In this document: in pieces, positions 1 to 14,400 of the stretch
Layout: the number at the start of each line of letters is the position of its first letter
Position numbering within the stretch: the first letter of the stretch is position 1
Source: Takakia lepidozioides
Taxonomy: Eukaryota; Plantae; Bryophyta
Length of the DNA stretch: 64,000 nt
Assembly (NCBI GenBank): GCA_030704615.1
Contig: CM060733.1
Location: forward strand, 46,686,001 to 46,750,000
Reading direction: 5' to 3'
Made by a program: the position numbers and the translations under genes
The notes under the pieces: model-generated
Told to the model about the DNA's origin: nothing
What the model saw: the letters and a program-made list of their open reading frames with translations, nothing else
Database searches by the model: none

Positions 1-371
1 GGAAGCCAAATGTGCAGTGCTCTCACAGTTGCATATTGACAGATTTCATGGTCAGCTGCTGGAATTTCCTGAAATCTTGTCAATGAAGCACTTTTCCGTA
101 TCCTCTAGTAGCAGCAATCAGTGGAATTCCTCTTAATATAGTGAAGTGGAGTATATATAAGACTCCAGCAGCACTTCCACAAAACAAACGGTGAGCCAAA
201 GTGCAGGAAGGTTCAGTTACATGCAACATCGTTGATTGACCAACCACAAGACAAACAGAGGCATCAAATTTTGCACAAGCATCCCATAAACTGCTCATAT
301 CCTCAATATTGAGTCACAGAACATACTACAGCGGGGGAACTGTACCACCCGAGATAGATAAAGACAACAGA

Positions 372-3300
372 CCTGATTGGTAGGTTCAGTCGCACATCCG
401 CATCCTTGCCCATCCAACACGATACAAGCTGCAAAGACAAAAGCAGATAAGAGACGGAATGAGACACACACATATACAGAATGTACTCATAAGATGTTTG
501 CCATAGCCTTGTGGCCATTGACCCGCGCTCAGTTCGAGCGAAACATAAAAGGGCAGTAACTACCCTTGTCAGGGGCATATGCCGGTAGTATGACTTACCT
601 TGAAACATGCAACTGATCCAAGTTTTCCAGATATCATCTAGACATCCTGTCACACAAACGTCAATCTGCTGTGTGTGATTTGCCCAGTAACTACACCCCA
701 AAAGGGCCTGGCTTTTGGCCTGGGCCTGGGCTTAGAGGAACAATTCCCTTGATGGAATTGAAGAGGGTGTCTCTCTGGTGAGAGTACCCAGCCACACAAC
801 GAGCACTTACCATCCACCTTTCCTCTCTGCGTCTGTTTGCTGTTCAAAGGTAGGCTACCTGCCCTGAGTGGGTAAACCATTGAGGTCATCCATGATGGCC
901 TCACCCATGTCACAGACTGGAAACAGGTTCAGGGAAGGTTTCTGCCTAACTTCATTTTCATCAGACAATTTCCTTGCAACAGAAATGGCTTTGGAAACTT
1001 CAGCGTCTAAGTCAGATTTATCTAGCAGGGTCAAGGCTTGCGGACACACACATATCGAAAGAATGTGCTCATAAGACGTTGTTTGCCGTAGCCTTGTGGC
1101 CATTGACCCCGCGCCCAGTTTGAGCGGAACACAAAGGGACACACATAGAAAGTGAGGCAGAGACAGACACACAGGTAAACGGTCAGCATGTATTGGGTTG
1201 TCGAGGTCGGTGATCAACACTCCTGGTTTACAAAGTTTGATCCAAAGTGTTTCCCGGCCCAGAAAACAGAAACAAGAGAAGACACTGAGAAGACACTTCA
1301 ACTGGTCTGTAGACGCCCACGTCCACATGAACTTTGTGAAGTCACACTGCGTACTGAAAGGATATTCCTTTCTGTTAAATATGTATTATTCATGTAGTAC
1401 GTCCACTATAGCCAACTTAAGGCAAGAACATTCCAATGTACACAAATGAACCAAAGACGCAACACAAGTAAGGCCAAGGGCATATTAAACCACATGGCAT
1501 TCACAAAGCTTGCATCAACAACTGCAATCTTAAGGAACTATACCTTGGAAAACTCAGGCACCACATACAGCTTGGAATACCGCTTGCAAATAGATGGGTA
1601 ATCACGTTCTGCGTCGAGCACACTATGCAACTCAATCTGAAAGTCCAGAATTCCATCTGTCAGTCTACGATAGATCTTAAGTTTTCTCAGAAGTATAGCT
1701 TCCACAGGTACCACTGCTTCCACAGAATTTTACCATGGCCCCATACACCACTTCCTCAAAAACCAATTGTGTTTTCAGTGACAAAAGTACATGCCCCATA
1801 CCAACTGAATGTCACTCAATTCACTGCACATGTCTCCTTTTGACATTCCCCAAACCCTTCATTTTTTTGCTTTCATACCTGGGGCATCCACAAAGCTCAA
1901 ACTGCTAAGCTCAGCTGTTGCAGTGTGATAGTTGAAGTTTGATAACCCGTCAGTTGATGCACATTTGCAAAGGAACAGTGGGAAAAGGGATGCACACCCA
2001 CCTTGCAAACATAGTCTCTTCTCTTGTCTTTTGAGGGGGACATGTGCCTGAACAAGTCCAACCAGGAAAAAATCAGATGCTTCTCTCCCACTCTCTCTGT
2101 CTTTCCTCTTCAACAGTGGCTAGCAGTGCAACCACATCCCACATTTATCACATCCATCGTCAGCCAGAGAGCTGGGATGGTGCTGGAATCAACTCAAGCT
2201 TTCTCGTATGATGTCAGTGCCAACACATACATTGTGTCAGCTAGCATACATGATGAATTGATGATTTGCCATCAGCTAGCACAAAGTGCTGTCAATATTG
2301 GTTTGGGTTTCACGGACCCTTGTGGGGTGAACAGGTTGGTCCATAAGCGTTATGATTACCTCATAAGAAATAGTTGCAGGAAACAATAATCTGCAAGTTT
2401 TCCTCTCCTCTCCTTTAGCATACAAAAGTAACATAGCTTTTATGTTCATTTTACTGAAAGAGCCAGAACAGAATCACGACCAGGGACAGCACAGGGCTTT
2501 CCCAAAAATCTCTCATCTCAAAAACGGCTATAAGCATACCCACTCAGAACACGCATGCCCAGAATAAAACATGACCAGAAACAAGTGGCATTGATCTACC
2601 TGTAAGAGGCATCCCGCCGAGGAGATTCCTTGCGACTACGCTCATCCCGGTCCCCAGACGGTGACATCTTGCGATCATGTGAAGCCCGCAATGCAGGACT
2701 CCGCTCCCTTTTCCGTTCCTCCTCTCTCCTTTCCCTGTCTCTATCCCTCCCTCTCTCCCGATCCTCGCGGTCATGGGGCCCAGCTCCCCAGCCTCCTCCA
2801 CCCCCTCCTCCTCCGCCACCTCCGCCTCCGCCTCCCCCTCCACCTCCCCCACGGTTCCGCCCTCTATCCCTGTCTCTCCGACGACCACCTTCATCACGGC
2901 GCCGATCTCCTCGGAATGGAGGTCTTTGATCTCGGCGGTCATCATTACGGCTGCTGCCAATGCTGGGGCGGTCAGAGCGGCTACCTCCTCCCCCGTAACT
3001 GCCCTCCCTCTGCCCAGAGAAACCTCCACCACTAGCCCCCCGCCCAGCACTGTAATCTCGGCCCGGGGGCAGTTGCACACCACCATATCCCATCCCATGT
3101 ACATTGTGACCTCCATACATTTGGCCTGGGAAAAAGTGCAGTTGCTTCAGCATATGGGAAACGTTACGAAAACATGTGACACATGATATATTCTGCACAC
3201 AAGCCTAGCATTTCGGTTAGCCAAGGACGCCCTTAGGCTTCATAGCTGCAGGCTTCAACATTATGCTTAACTTACTTCAATCTTGAAAGAGCAGAATCAA

Positions 3301-6300
3301 AGATACATGTAACAGACATGCAAACACAGGGAGCAACTAGGGGACACTATCCTCCAGCATAAACCATGGCTGAAAAGACATAACACAAAACTGCTCAGCT
3401 TCGAAGCACCACCTCCAAGACCCCTCCCACCGGCCATCCCCCCATAGACTGAGGCTTGCTGGCTTCCTGGGTATCCCGCACCACTACCTGCACCCCCTCC
3501 GCTTCGCCCTCGTCCTCCACCTCCATACTGTGCAACAAGTTCAGCTTCGGCTCTGTTCGCCCCATAATTTCCTCCCAGCACTCCCCTTTGAGTTCCCCCG
3601 TAATCTTGAGAGCCTGTCCCTCGCACACCTCCACCCCTTCCAAGATAGTCTCCTTGAGTCCTGCAAGCATCAGTTTAGATTAGAATCATCGGACATTGAG
3701 TTTTTCTTAGACGTTCCCCTTCCACAAAGAGCACAGCTTTCTAGGAGTTGGAAGAATTAGGAAGCTGTCCCTCTCTTGCCCCCAGGCTCAGAACTCATTA
3801 CAACACAGAGATATCCAAGCTCTCTTTCCCAATCGTGGACCTGCACTTTCCACAATTACTGTTCAATGGCGCGCAAAACTCTACTCCCATCTTCTTCTAT
3901 GAGTGAACCAACCATAGTCAACCTAATGGCAAAATGTTGGGCACAACAAGTACGTACCGAGTAGCACCATCTAAGGGAGATGCCGCCGCACCGCGATTGA
4001 TCATGGATGCTTGCATTTGAAGGGCTTGCTGCTGCCGAAGCAGTTGACTCTGTCCAAACAAACAGACATTGTTTCTTAGACCCAGGTTCATTCAGAGTAA
4101 TCAACCACCTGTGCCAATGTACCCAGGTGAAAGGATAGCACATGAAATGGACAGCAGGAAGACAGATGAGGACAGGTATTGATCCATGCAGGTCACTGGC
4201 ATTGCCTTGTGTACATGTTGGCCATTTCCCCACAGAAAGACAGCACCAGTGGGGCATAGTCATTGGACATTGTTAGCAATGCCCCAATCAGCAGCAGCAA
4301 GATGTTAGTTAACATATCCATTGACAGTGCACTGCCAAATTTATGACATACCATTAGTGAGTACAATCTCTGCATTATTGCAACCGGTTGTAGGTTTCTA
4401 CTCCATGGAGACATGGCCCAAGCGCTAGTGCTTAGTCCACAGAGGATTTATCATTTGTTGTGTGGGCTGGAATAAACAGTATAATACACAAGAAGGAAAA
4501 ACAAAAAAAAGGGTTGACTCCTGCCATAGCAAGCATAAATTATGGTTACACCTTGAAGGGCTACCGCTGGACACCTTCAAACGGCTGTAACCAGGGCCAC
4601 ACAAACATCCCCCAAGGGACTCAGAAGTCCCCAGTTCCCCACACACTAGGTGACGGGTTGACCTGACGATCCCCCCCTGTATGACTAGGTTGGACATCCA
4701 ACATACACATATGTGGCTTTGAACCCACAACAGCTTGCATGGCGACCCTTGTGCCCTAACCACTGTGCTATCTGTTGGATGTTTATTCCATAAGACTGTG
4801 GACTCCAGCACTGCATGCCTAATTCGACCACGATGTGAGACTGCCAGCCCCAGACTTTGAGAAAGGGAGAGACACACAAAGATTCAGGGTTGGCTGTCCA
4901 CTCCTAACCTAGAAACACAGAGAAGAGAAGGTTCTAGTACCTGCTGCTCTTGCCGCTCCTGCTGCTGTACCAGCTAGCAACACAACCAACACTCAGTCTT
5001 AACAAGCCAGGCCATCACAGGGCAAAACTCCATAGCACAAACTTCCAGAACAGTGAGAGATGAAGGGCACCATTCCACCACCTAACAAATCTCCCAACAT
5101 AACATATGGTTATGATTATTCTTCTGGGTCCAACTCATCCAGCAGTATGGAATAATAAGCTACCCACCCCAAATCTTGCCTTCAGCTTACCCACAAAACA
5201 CAAAAACTTGCAGCAATAATAATCCAGTCGAAAGCACAAGAAGGGAATAACCTGTCTTTGCTGGGCAACAGCCACTGCTGCATGGGCCTCCTGATACCGC
5301 CGGGCAGTGTCACCTTGTGAATCACTCTGCCCATATGCACTCTGGGTTTGTCCATATTGACCCCTATCTGATGATGCATAGTCAGAGCCCTTCAGACTAT
5401 AACTAGCCGCATACTGGTCGGCTGCTGCCTTCTGGCTGTAAGCTGTGGGAGACGAAGCTCCCCCATAATCACTGGCTTTCCCAACGTAGCCAGCACTTGA
5501 GGCACTCCCGCCGTATTTGGCAGTATCACCGTAATTGGTTGCTTCACCATATTTGGTGGCTTCCCCATACTTGGGAGTCTCACCATATTTAGTACCGTCG
5601 GACATGCCATAGACACCTGAGGCACTCACAGATGACGCCCCCCCAACTACATAGGAAGCTCCACTAGCTATAGTAGCTCTATCTTGAGTGGCTCCATAAG
5701 CTGTTGAGCCCCGGGTGGCCACAGTCCCCTGTGCCTGGTAGTCTTCAGGAGATGTGACTCCCCGGCCACTCGTACCAAGCAGCTATTGTAAGCACAATTG
5801 GCAGCCACCCTATGTCATGATTTGCATACTCAAAGTAAAGTAAAACGGAGTGCACAAAGACAAGGACAGCAAACTGGCAACATGTACACATCTTTATCTT
5901 TTCCCCATGCAAAGGCGAGGAATACTCACTCAAAATTTCTCCCACCCTTTCTCTACATGGGTACCAAACCATAGAAACCATTGGCACTAAGAATTCCTGT
6001 ATTACCTGCTGACTGGCACCCTGGGCTGGAGCTGCATAGACAGCCCCATACTGGCCCCCATATTGGACTGCTGCAGTAGCTGACCCACCCCCACTGGCTG
6101 GGACTGAAGTCACTCCTGTGGACGACCGCCCATATGCGCCTTGTGATTGGTCAGCCTGTTGGGCACCTTGGGCCGAGGCTTGTTGTGACCACGCCACTTG
6201 CTGCTGCTGCTGAGCACTTGGTTGGACTGCAGCAGCGGTAGCACTGTATGTGGCATTGTTTGCATAGCTTCCTTGTGCTGTGCCAGCTGCCGGTTGCTGC

Positions 6301-8044
6301 CAGCAATATCAGAAATCAAACGTGTCAAATGACATTGTACAACCAAAAAGAACCATCCTCCTAATCTTGCAATTTTTTGGTACAAAAGATCACAGAACAG
6401 TAGGCTAAAGAGTATTTGTACTGATGAACAGATAGTAGGGGCTTTTCACCTGCTGTCCATAGTTTTGAGGTGCATATGCCTGCTGAGAATAAACCTGTGG
6501 CTGACCATATGCTGCACTCGCTGCAGATGGCGGGGCAGCTGCCTGCTGCCCAGAATAGGAGCTTGAGGAGTACGAATACTGGGCCGCACCGCCTGGCTGC
6601 ACATGAGTACAATATAAAACAAATAAGTCTAATGTACGCAGTAAGAAGCTAGTTGCAAAAGCACAAAGCACCATTAGAAAAAAGATGGAAACAGATCAAA
6701 TTCCCTTTCAATATTCTAGTCCAGCCCTAGATAACATTCTTGTTTGACCATTCATGTGCCCATGACATGGTCCACCGGTTCCAGAACTTGGTACCTTTGT
6801 CTTAACAGAAGTTCAAACCCTTCAGTAACATGTTAACACAAAATTTTCTTACCCTACCGACACCAGCATTACTATCAGGAAGGTTATTAAAAAGCAAGAA
6901 GTCAAAACCCTAGGAAGTTAGGCTTAGCCAGATGATTACAGGCGTTGCTTCTTGAAACCAACCATCATGTCAATGGCAGCACACTCTTATTATAGGCAGA
7001 AGATGTTTTAATAACAGGAAAAACAGCCGGTCATCAAGCATGGTCATGTGCTACATTTGTAAAGTCCATGGCAGTCTTGAATTTCCTGGGGAAATTTCTC
7101 CTTTCACAATGACCAGCTGATGTTGGCTATAACATGTGCTTGAGGACTTTCTCCCTGCCATACACTAACCCTCCCAGAGCCATTCATGGGGTTTAACTGA
7201 CCAGGGTATGAAAGCTGAGCCCCACATTGCAATAGCCCCTGTGCTGGCCAATTACAAACTGCTTCTAGATTTTTAAGTGCCAATTGACATCAGCCCATTG
7301 TTGATACAAGTACTGCTAAATCAGCCCACCAGTCCCAACCAAGAGTGGCCATGGTTGCACTGCCAGTCATAGTGTGTTGTAATGAGAAATGACCTGCCTA
7401 CAGGAAAAACAGATTTTTGTAGAATATCTCTTTGTGACATCCCCTTCCCATCTTTCCGACGAAGAGCATGACAAATGAGTGAAGCGCACAAAACTGCAGG
7501 CTACAGACCTGCTGTAACAGTATGCGTGCAGTGCTGGCAGCTGCAATTGAAGACTTTTAACATTTCTAGTATGTTCTATCACACCACCTTGGCCTCTACT
7601 GTCAATGCAACCCTTTGCCAATGTGCCAATTTAGGAACTTCTCCAAATCTAGTTGTACCACACCTACGTTCTTTATCAGTGATCCAAATCAGATGCGCAG
7701 CCATGTCACTTCTCAAATCAATTTGTTCTATTCTGCAAGCACTTTGAAACCCAAAGGACCTGAGGGTGGATAAGTTTGCAAACTGGACAAAACCCTAGAA
7801 AGGCCATAGAGTAGTGGGTAAGCAACATTGAATCACTATTTGCACACACAAAAGACTCCCGCATTCCCACATCGAAGATAGCTACATCGTTCTTCACTAC
7901 TTTTAAAAGAAGTAAAGAGGCTTATTTGACAAACTACAACCGACATTGAGAACCCAAAAAAACCTAGCAACATAGAAACAGTCCTACCTGCTGTGGCACA
8001 TGAGCGTGCTGTGCTGCCGCCCTCGACAAGCTCCACTGATCCAT
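372..8044 (-). CDS. CCAR1-like / SHORT ROOT IN SALT MEDIUM 1 (RSA1/EMB1579)-like nuclear protein, multi-exon, 3' part beyond left edge
   Basis: Putative ATG at 8044 (MDQWSLSRAAAQ..). Q/G/S/Y-rich exons (~6598-6449, 6298-6006, 5784-5251), an RD/RE/G-rich exon (3126-2599), then KDKRRDYVCK (2047-2002), IELHSVLDAERDYPSICKRYSKLYVVPEFSK (1636-1544) and LVSCWMGK (~429-372). These resemble the plant RSA1/CCAR1 'EYVCKV..ERDY...KRYPRLFV..EFSK' block as recalled. GT-AG borders seen. Confidence 0.75.
480..1030 (-). mobile_element. 5'-truncated non-LTR retrotransposon 3' fragment in intron
   Basis: Homologous to 14374-15004 (KSDL..RKLSDENEVRQK, GSLPLNSKQ..RGK..C.LCG, WANHTQQID) and ends in the shared tail GGGTCAATGGCCACAAGGCTA..CTTATGAGTACA. 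Confidence 0.75.
1060..1135 (-). mobile_element. Isolated 3' tail of the same non-LTR family
   Basis: Reverse complement reads GGGCGCGGGGTCAATGGCCACAAGGCTACGGCAAACAACGTCTTATGAGCACA. Confidence 0.7.
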
Positions 8045-8401
8045 GTCTGTCGGTCTCTCCTTCTTCGCCCTCCTCCGCCTCCCGCTCAATAACTAAACAT
8101 TTCTTCGCAATCGAAAAATCAACTTCTTGACAACAATCTCGTGTAATCTAACTTCCAAGCCCCCAATACACGTCAGTGCAGCACGATCATCGCCTCCCCG
8201 AGAATCTCCGAAGAACGCTGCTTCTGGTTTCACACACTAGGGCACGCACGCCTACACTCTGCCCGCATGCTACCCATTGGTAGCCCCACGACCCGCCGGT
8301 TCTGTTGCTCTTAACTACCTCCGTGAAGGTAATACCGTTCACTATTTTTGTTCTGGACCTTACTTGTCTCTGGTTCGTTGGCATACTTGGGTCAGTCGTG
8401 G

Positions 8402-11400
8402 ATGAGAAATGCCTCTTCCTTTTGCAAAACCAAATCAGATTGGATGAATGAACCCAAGCTTCGAAACACTTTCAAAACCGGAAGCTTGAATAGTTCCGGA
8501 ATGCAGCGAACCTTCCTCCTCGTTTCTGGATGCAGTGCTGAAGATGTTCCTGATGAATCTGATCATGTGGGTTGTGTGAGATATGCAACCAGACAGTAAT
8601 CTGTGTTGGGCATAGCTCGGATTTCTCAAATGTTGCGGTCTCTTGCTTCAGCGTCATGTACAGTAGGGCCAGGCCAGTGCGTGTGCGAGGACAAATTGAT
8701 GACAGTGTCCATATGTGTAAGCTTCAAAGAGTTTGGTATGATCTCCCCGTCAGCTTTGAGAATTTCAACTCTGCATTGCCAATTCTGGTTGAGGTCCGAC
8801 TCTCGTGCTGCTTGGAACAGACCCGCACGGCAACAAGTATCCCCCTTGAAAGTCCTTTCTGGAGAAGCATATGCTATCCAGGAAACTGATCCAAGGGAGC
8901 ATTTTGTAGTCAGAGAGAAGCAGGCAAGGATAAATGGGCAACGCTCCACCATGGCCAGGGTGCCACCCAGATACAGAAAAAGGTACAAGGAAGGGCAAGA
9001 GACGTGGAGCCCCATGGAGGTCGTGAGACGTGTGCTGGCCTTGAATCACTGGGAGGACGTTGATGGTATTCTCAACCATTGGATGGGGCGCTTCAATCGC
9101 AAAAATTTCCCCCCTCTAATTTCGGTATGCATTCCCCCCTGCTCGTCCTGTCTCCTGTTATGGAAGGGAAACGTGGGGCACTGCTGTCTTTGGTCTGCAA
9201 GGACTGATACAAATGCTGCTCCAGGACTACTTCCATTCTGTACTGCATTGGTGGCCTGAGTGCATTTGCAGTTTGAGGGTTCAGGGCTTAAGCACGGCAA
9301 TGTAACAGCTTTGGCAAGATAAGGGGAGATAGATATAGTAAGATTTAACATTCTTGAGTGTACAGGAAATGACGAGGACAGGGGCCCTGGAACACAGCAT
9401 TCGAGTGTTCAACTGGATGAAAAATCAACGTTGTTACCGCGCCCGAAATGACATCTACAATCGCATGATTTGGTTGCATGTGAGGCACTACCGGGCAGAT
9501 CAAGCGCGCGGTCTTTTCTTTGAAATGCAGGAATGGAGGTCAGCATGTCAGTTGCTTCCTTTCTGTCTTTGATTTACTAGGTTTCTGTTCGCAGATCTTT
9601 TAACTGGTCTCACCTGCAATAAGCTATGGGCCCTCACTAATTCTTCACCTTACATGACTTGGTGGAACCCAACAAACTCCCAGAATAGGCACAAGAATTC
9701 CTGAAGCAGGCGTGATTTATGCTGTCTTTTCACCCCTCAGGACTATCATCTCCCTTCCGGGAGGTGGACACCATGCAATGGCCTCAGAAACTCTCCAGCA
9801 GGAAGAAGCTAGTCTCTTTATACATTCACTTGTCACTGAAATTTCTGTGGGAGAATCAAGGTACTTACCTCGGAGCTACATAGTTTGCACTCTCGCGGGG
9901 CAGATTCCCCACATGTTTCACACACTACATTATTGACAAAGAAGCTTTAAAAGTGAGAAAAGTACCAACATTGAGACTAAAAACTTGAGGTTAGAGAGAC
10001 TGGAGCTACCTCATGCTCGTGGCAGCAATGTAGCAATTCCTTGCATGACCGAAAGAAAGCCATATGCTGCACAAGACCATGAGGTAGCTCCTCAAGCATG
10101 TCAAATCAATTGTCATTAAGCTTCCCTGTAGATAGTAAAGTGGTATGACTATGGAGGAATGCTTTGATGCCAACTTGAACATCTTTTCAGTGTATTGTAG
10201 TTGATGGGGTCTCACCCCTTTTGGATTTAGCTTGCAGTTCTTCTGCGTCCATAAACCCCCTGGCCTCCCATGGGTGTAACAAATTGCTTTGTCATCTTCT
10301 ATGTCTTCTGCCCTTTGTTTATGTTGGACTGGCAGTGTCAAATTTGGGACCATAGTGGGGCTACAGTAGCGTTGTCAAAGCCAAAATTGTTTTTTGTAGC
10401 ATTATGTTTTAACCAGTTTGTATATCAAATAATTCCCGCAGCTGGGAAAGTCATTGGCCAACACTAGGGCAATTGTGGGAGACTCTTAAATCTCTTTGGG
10501 GGATGGAAACCCACCTGGCTCCATAGAGTTTGGGACTATGCCGCAGGGTATTCAGAACCAATCTCTACAAGAAAGGGTCAATGTGTTCTCTCCCTCTGTA
10601 TTGCTTCTCTGAAGTTTCCATTATTTTTCTTACTCTCTCTCCGTCACTTCTGAGCCTCCTGGCCATAATACGATTATCTTTTTAATTGCTTCTTCTTTCT
10701 CTCTAATCCTCTACTAATACTGACGGTTGTCTTTGTAACAGATGCAAGCCAGATGTAGAGACATACAATGCCCTCATAAATGTTCATGGCCGGATGGGGC
10801 AATGGCGATGGGCACTGCGAATTTTTGACGACATGTTACGTGCCTCTGTAGGTACTAGGTCCCTTTCTCTTTCCTCATTTACTTTTGTTGATCAGAACTA
10901 CTCTGTAGCTTAACCTGGTGATGTGTACGTTGACTGGCAGCAGACTCATTCGATCCCATTCTTAATATTTGTGTTCAATTCCCCACACTTTGATAAGGAG
11001 GACCAGCTTACTTGTAGAACACTTCTTCAAACTCAAGCAAAATTAAGACCAGAGAATCATGAGACTTGCTTCCTGTCAATGCCGAGTTGTGCAACATGAC
11101 TCTTCCCTTTGACATAGCATGCTTCCCCTTGATTCATTATTTTTGGCAGAAGGGGCTGAAGCCTGAGTGCCTCCGCCAGTGCCTTTGCTGTAACAGTATA
11201 GGAGGAAGCGAGCAATGTCAAGGTCTGTAGTTTCTCAAGTGTTCCTTATCTCCCTTTTTGAATAGGATGGGAATAAAGTCGGTCACCATCTTTGGGTGGA
11301 CTTCTTTGCTGTGCAAAAGTCTTCATCCGCTGTTTCTTGGAAGTGCTTTTTCTGTGTCACCAAAGCCTCTGCTGCATCTGATCTGGGGCTCCATTGCACG

Positions 11401-14400
11401 TCAGGAGCCTTTCTGATCCAGATAGTTCAGACTGCAAGCCAGCTCCTTAGACATTAGCCATACATTGAGAGGTAGCTGCTTTGATTTTGGATGTGTTTTA
11501 GATATTTCTCATATCAGTTGAGGAGACTTGGGGCTTGAGGGGGCCCGGTAAAGCTCCTGTGGTTCAGAGGCTGCCCTGCGCCAGCATCCTGAAGACCAGC
11601 AAGGAAGTGTTGAGCTTGTGTTCCTTTCCTTTTTTCTGCCGGAAAACTCTACTTTTCCTCCCACTCTAATGAGCACCAACCTGGGCATGGCCAGTCTGCT
11701 CGGGTTTTTGTTGCCCGAAGGATGTCTTGGTTCTTCAGCCACAGGGGTCCATAGGTCTCTCATAAGGACGGTGACTGTCAATGGGAGCCATGCCTGCTTC
11801 TTCTGTTAATGGGGTGGTGGGATCTGGCCATGTTGAAGTTACAGAAGGAAACCATCCATACGCCACTGAATGCTGACCTGTGATGCTTTTCCAAAAAGCT
11901 TCTGTTCCTCTTCGGAGACTGGTGGAGCATTAATGCCCGACCAGAACTAAAATCCAAGCTGTGTCTTATAAGAAAAAATATTCTCCAAGAATGTTAATCA
12001 ACTGTTTCTACCTTGGTGATAAAGAGGTAAAAAAGGGATTGGTTATATTCTTATGTTACTGCCTTCAAGGAACTCCTCTGATCACTTCTGAGTTTCAGGG
12101 ATGTGTCCTTGCTTGCTGGACCACACCACTATGCATAACAAAGACCTCCCAAGAGTTCTCTGTGCTTTACCTCTTTTCTTTGAGCAATTAGTTATGGACA
12201 AAGCCTTCTGTGGCCTTAGGTGGAAACTTTTGTCACGGTGAGTGCTATTTACAGTTACTGCAAACAGATTAACATTACCATGGGCCATTTTTTGATAACA
12301 GGTGCCACCCAGTCGAGGCTCCTACAACAATCTCATCAATGCATGTGGGAATAGCGGCCAGTGGGAGCAAGCGTTAGATGTGTGCAAGCGAATGACAGAT
12401 AATGGGGTCGGCCCTGACCTCGTCACCCACAACATTATACTATCTGCATTCAAATCTGGGGAACAACCTGCTCGGGCACTAGCATATTTTAACAGCCTTG
12501 TGAGGAAAAATGTGACACTGGATCGATTCAGCTACAACATAATCCTCAACTGCCTGACAAAGCTGCAGCAGTTTGACGATGCTGTCAACCTTTTCTCTCA
12601 GATGAGGAAGATGAGTGGATGTGAACCTGATGTCATCACATTTAATACTCTCATCCACGTCTATGCTGCGAGTGGGCAGGTGGCAAATGCGCGGGCCACA
12701 TTTGAAATGATGCTAGGTCAGGACCTTTTTCATTTAGCTCAATGAGCCCATGCTTAGTATCATATCTTTAATTTGACATGATGAGTTTCAAAGAACGGTG
12801 GAAGCCATGGGCCATGGAACCAAGGGAGGTCTTTTCATCTGATGTTCTACCTGTGTCAGCAGAAAAGGTAGGTGAAAAATTATCCTCATTGAAATATCTG
12901 TGGGAGAGAGAGGTGGAGGGAAGGAGAGACGAGTTTTGGCTGTTACTCATGTGAGTGGATTTGTGTATCAGGGGAAGGTGTGGTGCCAACTATTGTTTCT
13001 TTCAATACCCTGATTGGAGCATATGCATCATTTGGAATGCACACAGAGGCTCTCCAGATGCTTGGGCTCCTGGTTCAGGCCGGCTTTGAACCAGACATTG
13101 TTAGTTACTCCTCGCTGCTCAATGCATTTGGCAAGTCTGGTCATCCTGACAAAGCTCAGGAAGTACTTGACCTCATGAAGAGGAGATCACGAAAACCTAA
13201 TCTTGTAACCTTCAACTCTCTGATTAATGCTTATGCGAATGCCGGGAGATATTTGGAAGCACACGAAATCCTCCATGACATGGCCGAGAGTAGAATTGAG
13301 CCCAATGTGGTCACCATCTGTTCCCTCCTTACAGCATGTGGACGGGCCAGCTGCCCAGAAAAAGTCGGTGACGTTTTGTGGGAGGCAAAAACTCGAAATA
13401 TCACTTTGAATGTCAACGCTTATAATGCCGCTATTGCAACATACATGGACGGAGGGCTTTGTGATGAAGCAATGGATATGTATCGTTTGATGGAAGATCA
13501 AGGGTTGGTGCCTGATGCAGTGACTTATGGAACTTTGATTAGTGCCTTTGGTAGATCAGGGGACTATTTGGAAGCTCGAAACTTTTATGACAAGATGACA
13601 TCTTTGGGGATTGCCTTGACCGTGGAGCCGTGCTCAGCTCTAATTGATGCATATGCAAAGCAGGTAACATACCCTTTGTCCATTGATACATTCTGACCTT
13701 TGCATATTACGAGCGCTTCATCTAACTGGTCTTGGTTGTAAAATCTGAGAGTTTATTGGTGATGGGCTGCAGGGCATGCATGTGGAAGCACGGTTGATAT
13801 TTGAGGACATGAAAAAATCCGGTTGTCTGCCAAATGTAGTGACCTTCACATCCCTAATATACGCCTACAGCAATGCAGGTCTGTCTGCTCATATCCTTGA
13901 CCTTCCTTGCCTGCAGTCACTGAGTGTTCAAAAACCTCAAAATAGGACATCATCAGCTCAACGCTTGTCACCGTAATCAAGGTGACAGTAGTAGCTATGT
14001 ATGACGTAACAACTTACTGTCCATGTGAAAAAGCATAATGTTTCCTTAATACCAATTAAAGTAGAACTTGTCACAGTTGGAAATGAATTTAGAACAGTTT
14101 CGGAAACTGATATTGTACATGAATTATGGTACAGAGAGGCATGAAGAGGCCCAGTTAGTGTTTGAGGAGATGGAAGCAGGTGGCATCCATGTGGATACCA
14201 TCGCATGTGCTGCTCTCTTTGGGGTGTTGAATAAAGGGGGTCACCCTGAGCAAGCATTGCTTGTCAGAGATACCATGCGGGCGAGGGGCATTCAATTTGA
14301 TCATGGTGCATATACAGAGTTGTTGGCAGCCTGCAACAGGTATAATCTGTCTTTATGTGGGTCTCTCTTGGTCCTAAATCTGACTTAGAGGCTGTAGTGT

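Noticed and set aside
2630-3186. Pro/Ser-rich plus-strand ORFs
   Set aside because: Antisense to the Gly/Arg-rich exon of the CCAR1-like gene
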